The position numbers were made by a program, and so were the translations under genes. A stretch of DNA of 60,007 nt from Desulfurococcaceae archaeon (lineage in GTDB: Archaea > Thermoproteota > Thermoprotei_A > Sulfolobales > NBVN01): the NCBI GenBank assembly GCA_020833255.1, contig JAJHQR010000002.1, positions 1 to 60,007 of the forward strand, written 5' to 3'. Of this stretch, positions 1-9,636 are shown piece by piece; the first letter of the stretch is position 1; each line of letters opens with the position of its first letter. The notes beneath the pieces were generated by a model that saw only the letters and a list, made by a program, of their open reading frames with translations, did no database searches and was not told where the DNA came from.

Positions 1-2
1 AA

Positions 3-1208
3 ATCATCGAGAGGAAACACCACGTCATTATTCCTGGCTTGGTAGATTGCCACACGCATACTCAGCAATACTTGCTTAGATCAGCTATAAACGATTTGAT
101 GCTTCAGCTACCTCCTGTCTGGACTAAGGTATTAGTTCCTTTCGAGAAGGTAATGGGTGATGAGCTTGCAAGACTTTCTTCACAAGCCAGCATAGCAAAT
201 ATGCTGAAGAACGGGATTACATACTTCATAGAAGCTGGCGCTCCATACCCGGAAATCCTTGCTCAAGAAGTTGTGAAGTCCGGGATTAAGGGTGTGGTCA
301 CCTACGCGACTTACAACTTATCCGATGGCGATTTTATTGAGTCTGAGAAAGTGTTGAAGAGAGTTAGGGATCTCTATAAGACATACAGTAGTGTGAGTGA
401 TAAATTACGTGTGTGGATGAGCATAAGACAGATCATGATGACTACGGAGGACTTGGTAGATGCTGTTATAGAATTAAGTAGAGAGTACGGCACTGGCCTC
501 ACCATCCATTTAGGTGAGTATCAGGGTGAGGTAGATTACGCGCTCGCTAAATATGGTCAGAGACCTCTAGAGTATGTGCTGGAGAGAGGTCTTAAGCACG
601 TTAAGCCCGTAGTCGTAGCGCACGGTGTATTCTTCTCGCCAAGTGAGGTAGAATTACTTAAGAAATATGAGGTTGGAGTCTGTTGGTGTCCTACGGTAGA
701 TTCATGGCTTATGGGATTACATTGGGCGGGACTCACGAATCTTCAAGATATAAGATTAGGAGTGGGCAGTGACGGCGGGGCTTGGGGTAAGTTAGACCTA
801 CTTCACGAAGCTAAGATAGCTAAAGCCCTTGGTAAAGCAGTAGCTAACGCCATGACCTACTTCAAAGCAGGCTTAGATTCCACTACCTTATTAAATGCGT
901 TGACTGGTTCAAGAGGATCAATAATCAGAGAAAACGTAGGAAGGATAGAGAAGGGCTACTCAGCTGATCTTACAATACTTAACACTAAATCTACTAAGAC
1001 ACTACCACTCAACAACCCATTAGACCTAGTTGTAAACTACCTCGAGGGAGATGACGTCACAGACGTGCTCATCAACGGAAAGCTAGTAGTAGAAAACAGT
1101 AGGGTAATCACAATAAACGAAGAGAAAGTAATAGAAGAACTCTTAAATAGAGAAGAAGAAATAATGGAAAAACTTAAGGAATTAATGAAGCAACTTAAGA
1201 TGTTATAG
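3..1208 (+). CDS. Amidohydrolase family protein (MTA/SAH- or nucleobase-deaminase-like); 5' end lies outside the window
   Basis: Frame is open from the window edge (IIPGLVDCHTH); HxH, HLGE, AHGV and GSDG metal-binding motifs; C-terminal GRIEKGYSADL. Confidence 0.85.
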   Translation: MIERKHHVIIPGLVDCHTHTQQYLLRSAINDLMLQLPPVWTKVLVPFEKVMGDELARLSSQASIANMLKNGITYFIEAGAPYPEILAQEVVKSGIKGVVTYATYNLSDGDFIESEKVLKRVRDLYKTYSSVSDKLRVWMSIRQIMMTTEDLVDAVIELSREYGTGLTIHLGEYQGEVDYALAKYGQRPLEYVLERGLKHVKPVVVAHGVFFSPSEVELLKKYEVGVCWCPTVDSWLMGLHWAGLTNLQDIRLGVGSDGGAWGKLDLLHEAKIAKALGKAVANAMTYFKAGLDSTTLLNALTGSRGSIIRENVGRIEKGYSADLTILNTKSTKTLPLNNPLDLVVNYLEGDDVTDVLINGKLVVENSRVITINEEKVIEELLNREEEIMEKLKELMKQLKML

Positions 1209-1232
1209 ATGTTATAATGATAATGTCACACA

Positions 1233-1275
1233 CTGACCTCCTCCCCACCCTGAAGAGCTAGGTTTTCAGTTGTAA
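1233..1275 (-). mobile_element. ~40-nt IS200/IS605-end-like palindromic mini-element (copy 1)
   Basis: Minus strand TTACAACTGAAAACCTAGCTCTTCAGGGTGGGGAGGAGGTCAG; similar to 27131-27166 and 8840-8876. Confidence 0.6.
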
Positions 1276-1532
1276 AGAGAAGCTAGCCCTTAGAGGTGAT
1301 CCTGCTTTAAACAACTCATCTTCCTTTCCGCGTCTATAAAAAGATATTGCTTTAACTCCTGTTTAAGTGTTTTTTAGTGATCTGTAGGGAAAGAGTAATT
1401 CTTGATTTAAAGAAATTTTTACATTGTCTTCATAAAGATGTTTTTCATTTATTATGAAGTAATTCATAAAAGCTAGCAGAATGAAACTTATAATTTTTGA
1501 AAACTTATAATTTTTGACTAGGAGATTAAGAG

Positions 1533-2786
1533 GTGAGGTACCTGAGTTCAGGCCCTGTTGACAAGGAGTATGTTCTTTCATCAGTGCCTCTCGTGGCTAG
1601 ATTATCGCTTGCTGCAACAGTCATGCTATGGGCTAGCCTTACTTTAGATCCCTCAGCTCCGTACCTAGCTTCTTGGTGGGGTGCGTCATTTCCTTTCGCT
1701 ACCTTTGTAGTAGGCGTCTTATTAGCGAATTTAATCTTAAGTATCTTCTCATCACTTTCTGGCTACATAGCTTCGAGAGAAGGTCTCACGTACGCGTTAA
1801 CTGCTGAAAGAGTCTTTGGTCTGGGCGGAGTTGTGGTTCCTTCTATCTGGGCAGGTATCGTATGCGTTGGATGGCTAGCGTTCTCTATCGGAGTTGTCGC
1901 TGAAGGAATCACCTACATGACCGCATTACCCGACCCAACTTACTATATCCTCGTTATCCTAATGACTTCACTCTTCTCTGTCACGGCGTATCTAGGTGTG
2001 AAACATATGGTTAAGCTTGCTTACATAGGTGTCCCACTACTCGTAATGTTAATTGTCGCTGGAGTATCACTAAGTGTCTCTAGGTGGGGACCTCCTGCCA
2101 TGGGAGGTCTTGACATGTACACACTACCCTTGGTTTTCGGACTGGTTCTAGGCACGTTCGTTAACGGTTCCATAGTCCTCTCCTTTGATTATCAAAGATT
2201 TTGTAAGAAACCTCTAGACGCAGTTTTCACGGCCTTCGTTAACTTTCTTGGATTTTGGAGTTTTATTATAATACTTTCGGGAATACCTGCGGCAACTACA
2301 GGCACGAATCTCTATAGTATGTATGAGATATTAGGACTCTCTCCGCTCGCTTTAATAACGCTTTTCCTCCTTGCATGGACGTCAGCCGATAATCAGCTTT
2401 ACTCAGCCTCCCTTTCCTGGACGCTGAGTTTGAAATCAGTCGGTAAAACTGCTGGCAGAGAGAAGGTAGTCGTAACCGCGGCTATACTCACCGTAATATT
2501 AGCGATCATTAAGCTTCACACCTTCGCTGTACAATGGCTATCCTTACTAACCTCAATCTCGTTACCTGCAGGGATTGTGTTATGGACCGAGTATTATATC
2601 AGGTCGCGAAAGAAGTTAGGCGAGAACATAAAGAACTGGAACATACAAGCCTTCATTTCATGGGTTCTGGGTAGCTCAGTAATCTATTATCTTTATGTGA
2701 TAGAGGGATTGTGGTACGGCTTACTCGTAGGCTTCTTAGTTACATCGCTAACCTACGTCATTCTCCCTAGAGGTAGACCTAGCTAG
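1533..2786 (+). CDS. Purine/cytosine permease (NCS1, CodB-like)
   Basis: About 12 hydrophobic segments; GWLAF, SFDYQRF and WTSADNQLYS motifs resemble CodB; follows the deaminase-like gene. Confidence 0.8.
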   Translation: MRYLSSGPVDKEYVLSSVPLVARLSLAATVMLWASLTLDPSAPYLASWWGASFPFATFVVGVLLANLILSIFSSLSGYIASREGLTYALTAERVFGLGGVVVPSIWAGIVCVGWLAFSIGVVAEGITYMTALPDPTYYILVILMTSLFSVTAYLGVKHMVKLAYIGVPLLVMLIVAGVSLSVSRWGPPAMGGLDMYTLPLVFGLVLGTFVNGSIVLSFDYQRFCKKPLDAVFTAFVNFLGFWSFIIILSGIPAATTGTNLYSMYEILGLSPLALITLFLLAWTSADNQLYSASLSWTLSLKSVGKTAGREKVVVTAAILTVILAIIKLHTFAVQWLSLLTSISLPAGIVLWTEYYIRSRKKLGENIKNWNIQAFISWVLGSSVIYYLYVIEGLWYGLLVGFLVTSLTYVILPRGRPS

Positions 2787-2859
2787 AATAAGCTAAGAAA
2801 ACTATCCTATTTTAATGTTAAATGTTAAATAATCATCGAAATTCTTGATGTAACTTTCT

Positions 2860-3666
2860 TTATTCTATCTCATGACAATACCTTCTAGAAATTATCTGTG
2901 CAACCTCTTCCTCTAAGAAGTGCATTTTAGGTGATGTTATTATTAGTGTGTGAGGTCCTTCATGATCAGCTAGTTTCGCGAGGTCTTTTAGCGCCCCGAA
3001 ACATATTCTCTGCTTATCCCAGCCTAGACCTGATACTGCGATAGCTTTCCTTGATTCCTTCACTATTCCCTCACCTCTCCTACCCTCTAGTAACAGGAGT
3101 ATTTCTACGGCTTCCCTGACCTGCATCTTAATCCCTTTCTCGAGATCTATCTCCGTTAAGAGGGGTGTGTGAAGATTCCTTAAGTCGTTATCTTTTATGA
3201 CGTCGTAGGGGTATTCGGATAAGATGCCTGACTTAGGATATGTCAGGGTCACGATCTTACCCATCTTGTATATCATGAGGCCTGACATCGTGAGCGCGTT
3301 AGGTATTATTCCCGGTGCAGGCACTACCTCAAATTCCACCCCCCTCTTGCTAGCCTCACTTAATAGGGCTACGTGCGTCGTCGCGTCCAGAGGGTTTCCG
3401 GGAACTACTAACACTACCTTACGCCCCTCTAAAGCAGGCCTTATCAAAACCTCAAAGTATCTTTCCTCAATATCCTCACGCTTCAATAACAAGACCTCCT
3501 TCCCGGTCTGGGACCTTATGAAACTCCTTAAATCACCTAAGGTAACGCTAGTGTAGGAATCCACGTAAACAACGTCAGCCTCGGAAATCCTCTTAATCCC
3601 TCTCAAGGTAATCAAATCCGTTGAGAGCCCGGCGCCTACGAGAATCAATCCCCCTCCCACGTTCAC
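2860..3666 (-). CDS. dph5: Diphthine synthase
   Basis: LVGAGL..ITLRG, VYVDSYTS, PGNPLDATTH, N..RNLHT and GPHTLII motifs. Confidence 0.9.
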   Translation of the reverse strand: MNVGGGLILVGAGLSTDLITLRGIKRISEADVVYVDSYTSVTLGDLRSFIRSQTGKEVLLLKREDIEERYFEVLIRPALEGRKVVLVVPGNPLDATTHVALLSEASKRGVEFEVVPAPGIIPNALTMSGLMIYKMGKIVTLTYPKSGILSEYPYDVIKDNDLRNLHTPLLTEIDLEKGIKMQVREAVEILLLLEGRRGEGIVKESRKAIAVSGLGWDKQRICFGALKDLAKLADHEGPHTLIITSPKMHFLEEEVAQIISRRYCHEIE

Positions 3667-3688
3667 ACCTCGTTAATAAAGCGAGGCA

Positions 3689-4225
3689 CTAAGTCCCTGA
3701 GGCCTGGGAAAGCCCACCATCTATTATCGTGTAACCGGAAAACCTTAGCTCACTAACTTCAGTTCCTACTATCTTAGCTACCTCAGACACGTAATCCATC
3801 AGCTTTCTAGTCTCACTCACTAACCTAATTTTGTAGAAGACGGAGATACCGTCACCCCTCACGACTACCTCACCCCCGGACTTAATGAGTTCAGGGTAAT
3901 ACTTAGTGAAAAAACTCAGCGCTTCAACGTCTTTCGAGATCGCGATCTCTACACGAACCCACTCAATCAACCCCACCCCACATAAGTACGAGAAGATAAC
4001 GTTGACGTTAGGTAGTATCCGGGAGTTTGTCACGAAGAACATCATGGCTTCCTTAGAACCGCTGGATTCTAAGTCACTCAATATCCACTCGAAATCCTCT
4101 ACAGGAACTAAACCCCCTACAAAGTCTATCAACTTCTCTAGAGGGAACATGCGGTCACCGCACCACGGACAGGCCCCTATGCCGTGAAGTTTAAAGACGT
4201 GGCACCCGCACACATCCTGAATCAA
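3689..4225 (-). CDS. Hypothetical protein (N-terminal Cys cluster)
   Basis: 178-aa ORF with ATGA-type overlap to rpoP; no family recognised. Confidence 0.6.
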   Translation of the reverse strand: MIQDVCGCHVFKLHGIGACPWCGDRMFPLEKLIDFVGGLVPVEDFEWILSDLESSGSKEAMMFFVTNSRILPNVNVIFSYLCGVGLIEWVRVEIAISKDVEALSFFTKYYPELIKSGGEVVVRGDGISVFYKIRLVSETRKLMDYVSEVAKIVGTEVSELRFSGYTIIDGGLSQASGT

Positions 4226-4413
4226 ACGCTGCTGACTCTCTTAAGACTTGGTCTGCGCGCCTTAACTATTATCCTAAAACCGCAGTAGGGACATCTGAGA
4301 AACGTGTAGCCCTCCCTCTCCTCAGCCTTAATAAAACTCTCTAAACCCTCCTCGAACGTGAACTCCCTACCACACTTCCAACACTTATAGACAACATTCC
4401 TTAACTCACTCAA
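4222..4413 (-). CDS. rpoP: DNA-directed RNA polymerase subunit P (Rpo12)
   Basis: YKCWKCG...RCPYCGFRIIVKAR zinc ribbon. Confidence 0.9.
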   Translation of the reverse strand: MSELRNVVYKCWKCGREFTFEEGLESFIKAEEREGYTFLRCPYCGFRIIVKARRPSLKRVSSV

Positions 4414-4491
4414 TACCTGCCCCTCCTTACCTCAACAATCGTAGTTCTTGAGACCTATTTAAGTTTTTCTAGACTCTCGTTTTCTACTCCC

Positions 4492-5478
4492 CTACGCAAA
4501 ATACTCGTCGCTTTCCTCAACTGTCAGGAGCGGCTTCTCTAACTCGGTCAAATACTTTGAGGTGAGTTCCTCCGCTTCCTTAACACTCACCTCAACGAAC
4601 CTGACGCTGCAATTAGGTCTAGCCTGCGCCAGGATATCTAGATCGGGAGGTATCACGTGCAGAGCTACTGCGTAACCGCCCGTCGTCTGAGCGTCGGACA
4701 TGAGCACTATGGGCTTCCCGTCGGGCGGTATCTGAACGTATCCCCTATCCGTCGGTATTGAGGGTAGTCTGCCGAGCTTCGACGCTGACTGAAGTGCGGG
4801 ACCGTCCAGCCTATACCCCATCCTATCACTCTCTAAGGTAATGACGTATTCCGATCTGAGGAGAACCTCTAAATCACTTAATTGATCGGCATGCACGCCT
4901 CTAGTAGCTCTCACAACCACCGCCTCCCCAACCTTAGGAGATCTTACGTCGATGTTTAGAGCAGGTCTTAAGCCGTATATCCTAGACCACAACCCATCCA
5001 CGTCCACCTTACCGACTGAGAGTACGTCACCCGTCTTAAGAGGTCTCCCTAAACACCCGAAGCCCCCTCTCACGTACGTTGACCTACTGCCTAAAACAAC
5101 ATCGCATTCCACGCCCCCCGCCACAGCCACGTAATGCACGTTACCCCTGTCCGAGGGACGCACCGCTAACTCAGCGCCTGACCTCAAGTAGATGGGTTTC
5201 CAGGAAGGAACCTCATACTGCCCTACATACACCTTAGGAAGCCCCCCGGTCACCGCGACAACGAGGTCCTCGTTAGCTCTCAGCTTGAGAGAGCCGACGA
5301 ACTCTATCAAAGCCGCGTTAACTTCGTTCCCTACGAGAGCGTTAGCGTAGGAAGCGGACGTTAGGTCGAGAGCTCCGGAAACAGGGACTCCGAGAGCTCT
5401 GTAGCCTTGCCTACCGAGATCCTGGACCGTGGCAACCCCAACCAAGTAGGTGATCTGGAGGCTAGGCGTTGTAATCAC
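4492..5478 (-). CDS. pxpC: 5-oxoprolinase subunit C (KipA/carboxyltransferase-like)
   Basis: TVQDLGR.GY, SGALD, SDRMGYRL, DAQTTGGY motifs. Confidence 0.9.
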   Translation of the reverse strand: MITTPSLQITYLVGVATVQDLGRQGYRALGVPVSGALDLTSASYANALVGNEVNAALIEFVGSLKLRANEDLVVAVTGGLPKVYVGQYEVPSWKPIYLRSGAELAVRPSDRGNVHYVAVAGGVECDVVLGSRSTYVRGGFGCLGRPLKTGDVLSVGKVDVDGLWSRIYGLRPALNIDVRSPKVGEAVVVRATRGVHADQLSDLEVLLRSEYVITLESDRMGYRLDGPALQSASKLGRLPSIPTDRGYVQIPPDGKPIVLMSDAQTTGGYAVALHVIPPDLDILAQARPNCSVRFVEVSVKEAEELTSKYLTELEKPLLTVEESDEYFA

Positions 5479-6181
5479 CTACGTACACTCCCTTAAGTCT
5501 GTTAAATTCCTCCATAGACACAGACCTGAAGACCACTATATCTCCGGGGGCTATAGGTATTGGCGGGTTCCTCCTGTAATCGAACATTTGGAGGGGTGTC
5601 CTACCTATCAACCTCCACCCGCCGGGACTCTCAAGACCGTACACGCCGGTCATCTTACCCGCTATCCCGACGGAACCGGCGGGGATCTTAACTCTGGGGG
5701 TTTCAAGCCTGGGTGCCGCTATCCTGGGATCAACCTCACCTAAGTAGAGGAAGCCCGGAGTGAAGCCTAGCGTGTAGCACGTGTATTTCCTTGATGTATG
5801 GAGTTCCACAACCTCCTCTTCCCTTAAGCCAGCCCAAGAAGCGACTGACGGGAGGTCAGGACCTAGCTCACCACCGTAGGTTACCGGGATCGTGAAAGAC
5901 CTTGGCTTATGGATCTCGCTCAGATCTATCCGCTGACTCCACGCCCACAACTCCCTGACCTTCTTAACCAGCTCGTCACTAGACACTATCCTCGGGTCGT
6001 AGAAGAGCGCGATCGACGTAACCCCGGTCACCAACTCCTTAACGATTCCTGAAAGCTCCTTTCTGAGCGCGTAGTACAGCTTATGTATAGACCTAACGCA
6101 TTCCGGGGTAATGTCTCTGCACACATCCACGTGTATTAAGTAACCCCCACTACTGAGTATCCTGACCTCATGAGAACTCAC
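5462..6181 (-). CDS. pxpB: 5-oxoprolinase subunit B (KipI-like)
   Basis: IPVTYGGELGPDL, GFTPGFLYLG, SPGGWRLIGRT motifs. Confidence 0.9.
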   Translation of the reverse strand: MSSHEVRILSSGGYLIHVDVCRDITPECVRSIHKLYYALRKELSGIVKELVTGVTSIALFYDPRIVSSDELVKKVRELWAWSQRIDLSEIHKPRSFTIPVTYGGELGPDLPSVASWAGLREEEVVELHTSRKYTCYTLGFTPGFLYLGEVDPRIAAPRLETPRVKIPAGSVGIAGKMTGVYGLESPGGWRLIGRTPLQMFDYRRNPPIPIAPGDIVVFRSVSMEEFNRLKGVYVGDYNA

Positions 6182-6186
6182 GAAGC

Positions 6187-6957
6187 CTAAACAACCTCCG
6201 AAATCGGCTTAATCTCGACACCGAACTCCTTAAGCATTGAGTTAACGGATCTAGCGAACTCCACAGCCTTAGGACTATCACCGTGTATACAGAGGGTGTG
6301 AGCCCTGACCTCAACAAGACTCCCGTCCACCGCCCGAACAACACCCTTATCAATTATGCTCAGAGCCCTCTCCACAGCCTCGCTAACGCTCGATATGAGG
6401 GCGCCCGGAGCCCCTCTCGGCGCCAACCTACCGTCAGGTAAGTAACCCCTGTCTATGAAGGCCTCATAAGCTGTCTTCAAGCCTTGCTCCTCCGCAACCC
6501 TCACCACCTGAGACCCGTAAGGCGCTACGATTATGAGTCCTCTGTCATAGGATGCCACGGCCTCAACGATTGCTCTAGCATAGTCTTCCCTAACCCACGC
6601 CATATTATATAACGCCCCGTGAGGCTTGACGTGCTGCATCCTAACCCCCTCAACCCTCAGGAAAGCTTCCAGAGCTCCTAGCTGGTAGATCACGTAAGCC
6701 TTCAGCTCCACTAAATCAACGATCATCTCCCTCCTACCAAAACCCATTAAGTCCGGGAACCCTGGGTGAGCACCGACAGCAACCCCTAGAGACTTAGCTG
6801 TCCTAACAGAACCCCAGATACTCGCCGGATCACCTGCGTGGAAACCGCAAGCAATGTTAGCGGAAGAAACATACTTGAAGAGCTCGCTCTCATCAACAAG
6901 CCTCCACCTACCGAAAGACTCGCCAGCATCCGTGTTTAAATCAATCTTCCTAACCAA
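6187..6957 (-). CDS. pxpA: 5-oxoprolinase subunit A (LamB/YcsF)
   Basis: IDLNTDAGESFG, ANIACGFHAGD, HVKPHGALYN, TLCIHGD motifs. Confidence 0.92.
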   Translation of the reverse strand: MVRKIDLNTDAGESFGRWRLVDESELFKYVSSANIACGFHAGDPASIWGSVRTAKSLGVAVGAHPGFPDLMGFGRREMIVDLVELKAYVIYQLGALEAFLRVEGVRMQHVKPHGALYNMAWVREDYARAIVEAVASYDRGLIIVAPYGSQVVRVAEEQGLKTAYEAFIDRGYLPDGRLAPRGAPGALISSVSEAVERALSIIDKGVVRAVDGSLVEVRAHTLCIHGDSPKAVEFARSVNSMLKEFGVEIKPISEVV

Positions 6958-7009
6958 AGGGAAACACCCACATAATTAGACTTAAAAAGAAAAATAAAAA
7001 TCGTCTTCG

Positions 7010-8557
7010 TTACGCGTACAGTAACTTCCCGTACTCCTCGAAAACCTTCTTCTCATCATCAGAGGTCTTGGTGATCGCGCTGAGCAGTAACGCTAGAACA
7101 GTATTAACTGCCAGTCCCATAAGCCCTGCTATGGCGGCGTGGTAAGTGACTGGCATGCGGAAGTATTTCCCGGTCTGTGAAGTGAAGAGAGCAACTATTA
7201 TGGAGCCCGCGGCGAAGCCTGTTATGGCGCCATACTTATTAATCAACTTCTTCTTAGGTATTATCATCTGCAGAGTGAGGGGGAGTAGCTGCAAGCCTCC
7301 GGCAACAGCTATGGAGGTAACGTCGAATATCAAGCCAGGCTTCAGTATCGCGAAGTACCATCCTATAAGGACCCACACAAACATGAGAATCCTGCTCACC
7401 ATAACGTACTCCCCCTCAGACTTACCCGGCCTCACGTATCTCTGATAAATATCCCTAATCAGGATTAAGGAGGTTGAACCGAGGAAGGAGTCCAGAGTCG
7501 ACATCGCGGCCGCGGCAGCTCCCGCGAGCAGGAACCCAGCTAAGACGGGGTTCAGGAAAGTGTAAATCATGACAGCCATTACCGCGTCAGCACTCCCGTA
7601 CTTAGTGGTTAACGCGGATATGAAGCCCTTCTCAAGGACTCCGGGCATGCCAACGGCGTTTACCACCGCTGCAGCAAGCCCTACCAAAGCTGTCGGTATG
7701 TAGTATGAGGAGAGGTACACAGCCGTACCCACCGCCGACGCCTTCAACGCCTTCTCATCCTTAGCGACGTAGTACTTTATCCAGAGGTGTGGTAGGAGCA
7801 TAAGTCCCGGAGCGTATATCATTATAGCTCCTAACATCATGAGGGGGTCCCAGTTCATCGTTAGCAGAGAAGGCTTCACGGCCCTGAGCTGATCCATTAA
7901 TTCAGGCACCCCTCCCGGCGCAAGTCTCTGCAGTATCATGACGCCCGCGACAAAAACTCCCACGTACATCCACACACCCTGAAGCACGTCGGTCCAGTAC
8001 GCCGCCCTAAGCCCTCCTAAGACTAGGTAGAGCATCGTGACCAGCATGAGTATTAGCGAACCCCACATGTACGGTATGTTGCCGCCGCTACCTATGTCTA
8101 TGATTAGGCCAAGACCGACGGCTTGAACCACTATGTACGCGATAACGAAGAGAGCCATCACAGCCGCTACAAGGACCCTCAGAACCTCACTCCTGTAGAA
8201 ATCTGCTAGAGCGTCAGCAGGCGATATGTGGCCCCTAGCCTTACCCAACCTCATCAACCTAGTTCCAGCAAGATACATGAAGACCGCGGCGCCCGTAGTC
8301 CAAGCTGAGGAAGCAACCCAGAACGTCACTCCAGTGGTCGCGTAGGTAGCCACGCTGGTCAGGAAAGCGAACGCGCTGTGGTAGGTAGCTGCGGTGGCTA
8401 AGAACGTGACCAGAATACCTGCACGCCTACTCAACACGTAGAAGTCCTCAAGAGATTTCTTGAGGACCCTGCCGGATAAGAACCCTACAACAATCATGAG
8501 GATGCAGTACACGAAGATTATTGTTAATGTGATCTGCCAAGCCTCCACCCTAACCAC
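7010..8557 (-). CDS. Sodium:solute symporter family transporter
   Basis: About 13 TM segments; GGLRAAYWTDVLQG and AAAMSTLDS SSS motifs. Confidence 0.9.
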   Translation of the reverse strand: MVRVEAWQITLTIIFVYCILMIVVGFLSGRVLKKSLEDFYVLSRRAGILVTFLATAATYHSAFAFLTSVATYATTGVTFWVASSAWTTGAAVFMYLAGTRLMRLGKARGHISPADALADFYRSEVLRVLVAAVMALFVIAYIVVQAVGLGLIIDIGSGGNIPYMWGSLILMLVTMLYLVLGGLRAAYWTDVLQGVWMYVGVFVAGVMILQRLAPGGVPELMDQLRAVKPSLLTMNWDPLMMLGAIMIYAPGLMLLPHLWIKYYVAKDEKALKASAVGTAVYLSSYYIPTALVGLAAAVVNAVGMPGVLEKGFISALTTKYGSADAVMAVMIYTFLNPVLAGFLLAGAAAAAMSTLDSFLGSTSLILIRDIYQRYVRPGKSEGEYVMVSRILMFVWVLIGWYFAILKPGLIFDVTSIAVAGGLQLLPLTLQMIIPKKKLINKYGAITGFAAGSIIVALFTSQTGKYFRMPVTYHAAIAGLMGLAVNTVLALLLSAITKTSDDEKKVFEEYGKLLYA

Positions 8558-8768
8558 CCCTCCTCACGTCGTATATCGCGTAACCGATGAAGATCAGCAA
8601 AGCAGCGATCCACCACAGTAGTGAGTACGTATAGGTGGTGCTGAGCCCTGCCAGGGGGGTCGGGTTAGCACTGTTAACTAGGAAGACTCCGAAGGCTAGC
8701 GCCCATATAATTAACACCAGCACGACAAAGAGAGACTCCTTAGACCTAGCCTTACTTGTTGAAGACAT
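8550..8768 (-). CDS. Small 2-TM membrane protein, probable accessory subunit of the SSS transporter
   Basis: Two hydrophobic helices; overlaps the SSS start; ATG at 8768 is preceded by a GGTGG SD. Confidence 0.7.
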   Translation of the reverse strand: MSSTSKARSKESLFVVLVLIIWALAFGVFLVNSANPTPLAGLSTTYTYSLLWWIAALLIFIGYAIYDVRRGG

Positions 8769-8839
8769 GATAAGATACCACCATAATATACGTATGGGCA
8801 TAACTTATAAATTTAAGTTTCCTTTCCCTGTTTCTACCC

Positions 8840-8876
8840 CAGCCGAAAGCATGTCCTAGAAGGGCGAGGAAGTCAG
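8840..8876 (+). mobile_element. Degenerate IS200/IS605-end-like mini-element (copy 2)
   Basis: CAGCCGAAAGCATGTCCTAGAAGGGCGAGGAAGTCAG shares both extremities with copy 1. Confidence 0.4.
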
Positions 8877-8972
8877 CTTAGGTTGGTGGGTTTGTCTCTC
8901 GGGGTGCTCTACCCCGGTCCTAACCTACCTAGAATCGTAATCGAGTTACCCTAACGTGCTTAAAAAGGCCTT

Positions 8973-9581
8973 CTAGTAGGTTACGCGGGTTTGAATCCCT
9001 AACAGCTCCCTAAGCTTGTTTAGTTTTTCTTTGCCTTCAAGTAAGGATTCGTTAGCGACCTCAACTATCTCTCTGGATTCGTCTTCTCTTAATATGGTGT
9101 GTGAACCTACCTTCAGCAGGTGTGTGAGGCGGATGCCTGTCTTAAGTTCTACTATGATTCCCTTCTCTTTATTTATTGATAAGATCCCTGAGTGCTTCAT
9201 GCCTGACTCCCTAGCCAACGTAAGTATTCTTCGAGCCGACTTCATGTTTAGTGCTGAGACATGTATTATGGGACCTGTCACCACGAGCCATAACTTCCTG
9301 AGCGTAGGCATCCTTAGAACTTCGAGGAATTCGTCCGTGGTTATTGGTCGGTGTTTCTTGAAGACTATGGTTGAGCCCCTCCTCTCCCAAGGGAGTCTCC
9401 CATCTATGAACGTGATCCTACCACTACATGAACTTATGGTGTAGAGATCCTCGAACTCGAAGAGTTTCTTAAGGATGTCCAGTATGTCCTCGTCTAAGTA
9501 ACCTATCTCAAGATCCTCTGCTAGCCTCCTCCACAGCTTTTCCTTACGTAATCTCCACTTCTCAGGATCTACGAAAGGCAG
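8973..9581 (-). CDS. taw3: tRNA wyosine biosynthesis methyltransferase Taw3/TYW3; probable CTG start
   Basis: Frame is open about 90 codons upstream of the ORF-track ATG and contains GYLDEDI and YTISSCSGRI; GPIIHV and SGMKHSGI lie downstream. Confidence 0.88.
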   Translation of the reverse strand: MPFVDPEKWRLRKEKLWRRLAEDLEIGYLDEDILDILKKLFEFEDLYTISSCSGRITFIDGRLPWERRGSTIVFKKHRPITTDEFLEVLRMPTLRKLWLVVTGPIIHVSALNMKSARRILTLARESGMKHSGILSINKEKGIIVELKTGIRLTHLLKVGSHTILREDESREIVEVANESLLEGKEKLNKLRELLGIQTRVTY

Positions 9582-9636
9582 CTTAAGCGCACCCTAAATA
9601 AAAATTATTTAAGAGTCTAAATATGAGTTAGTTCTG

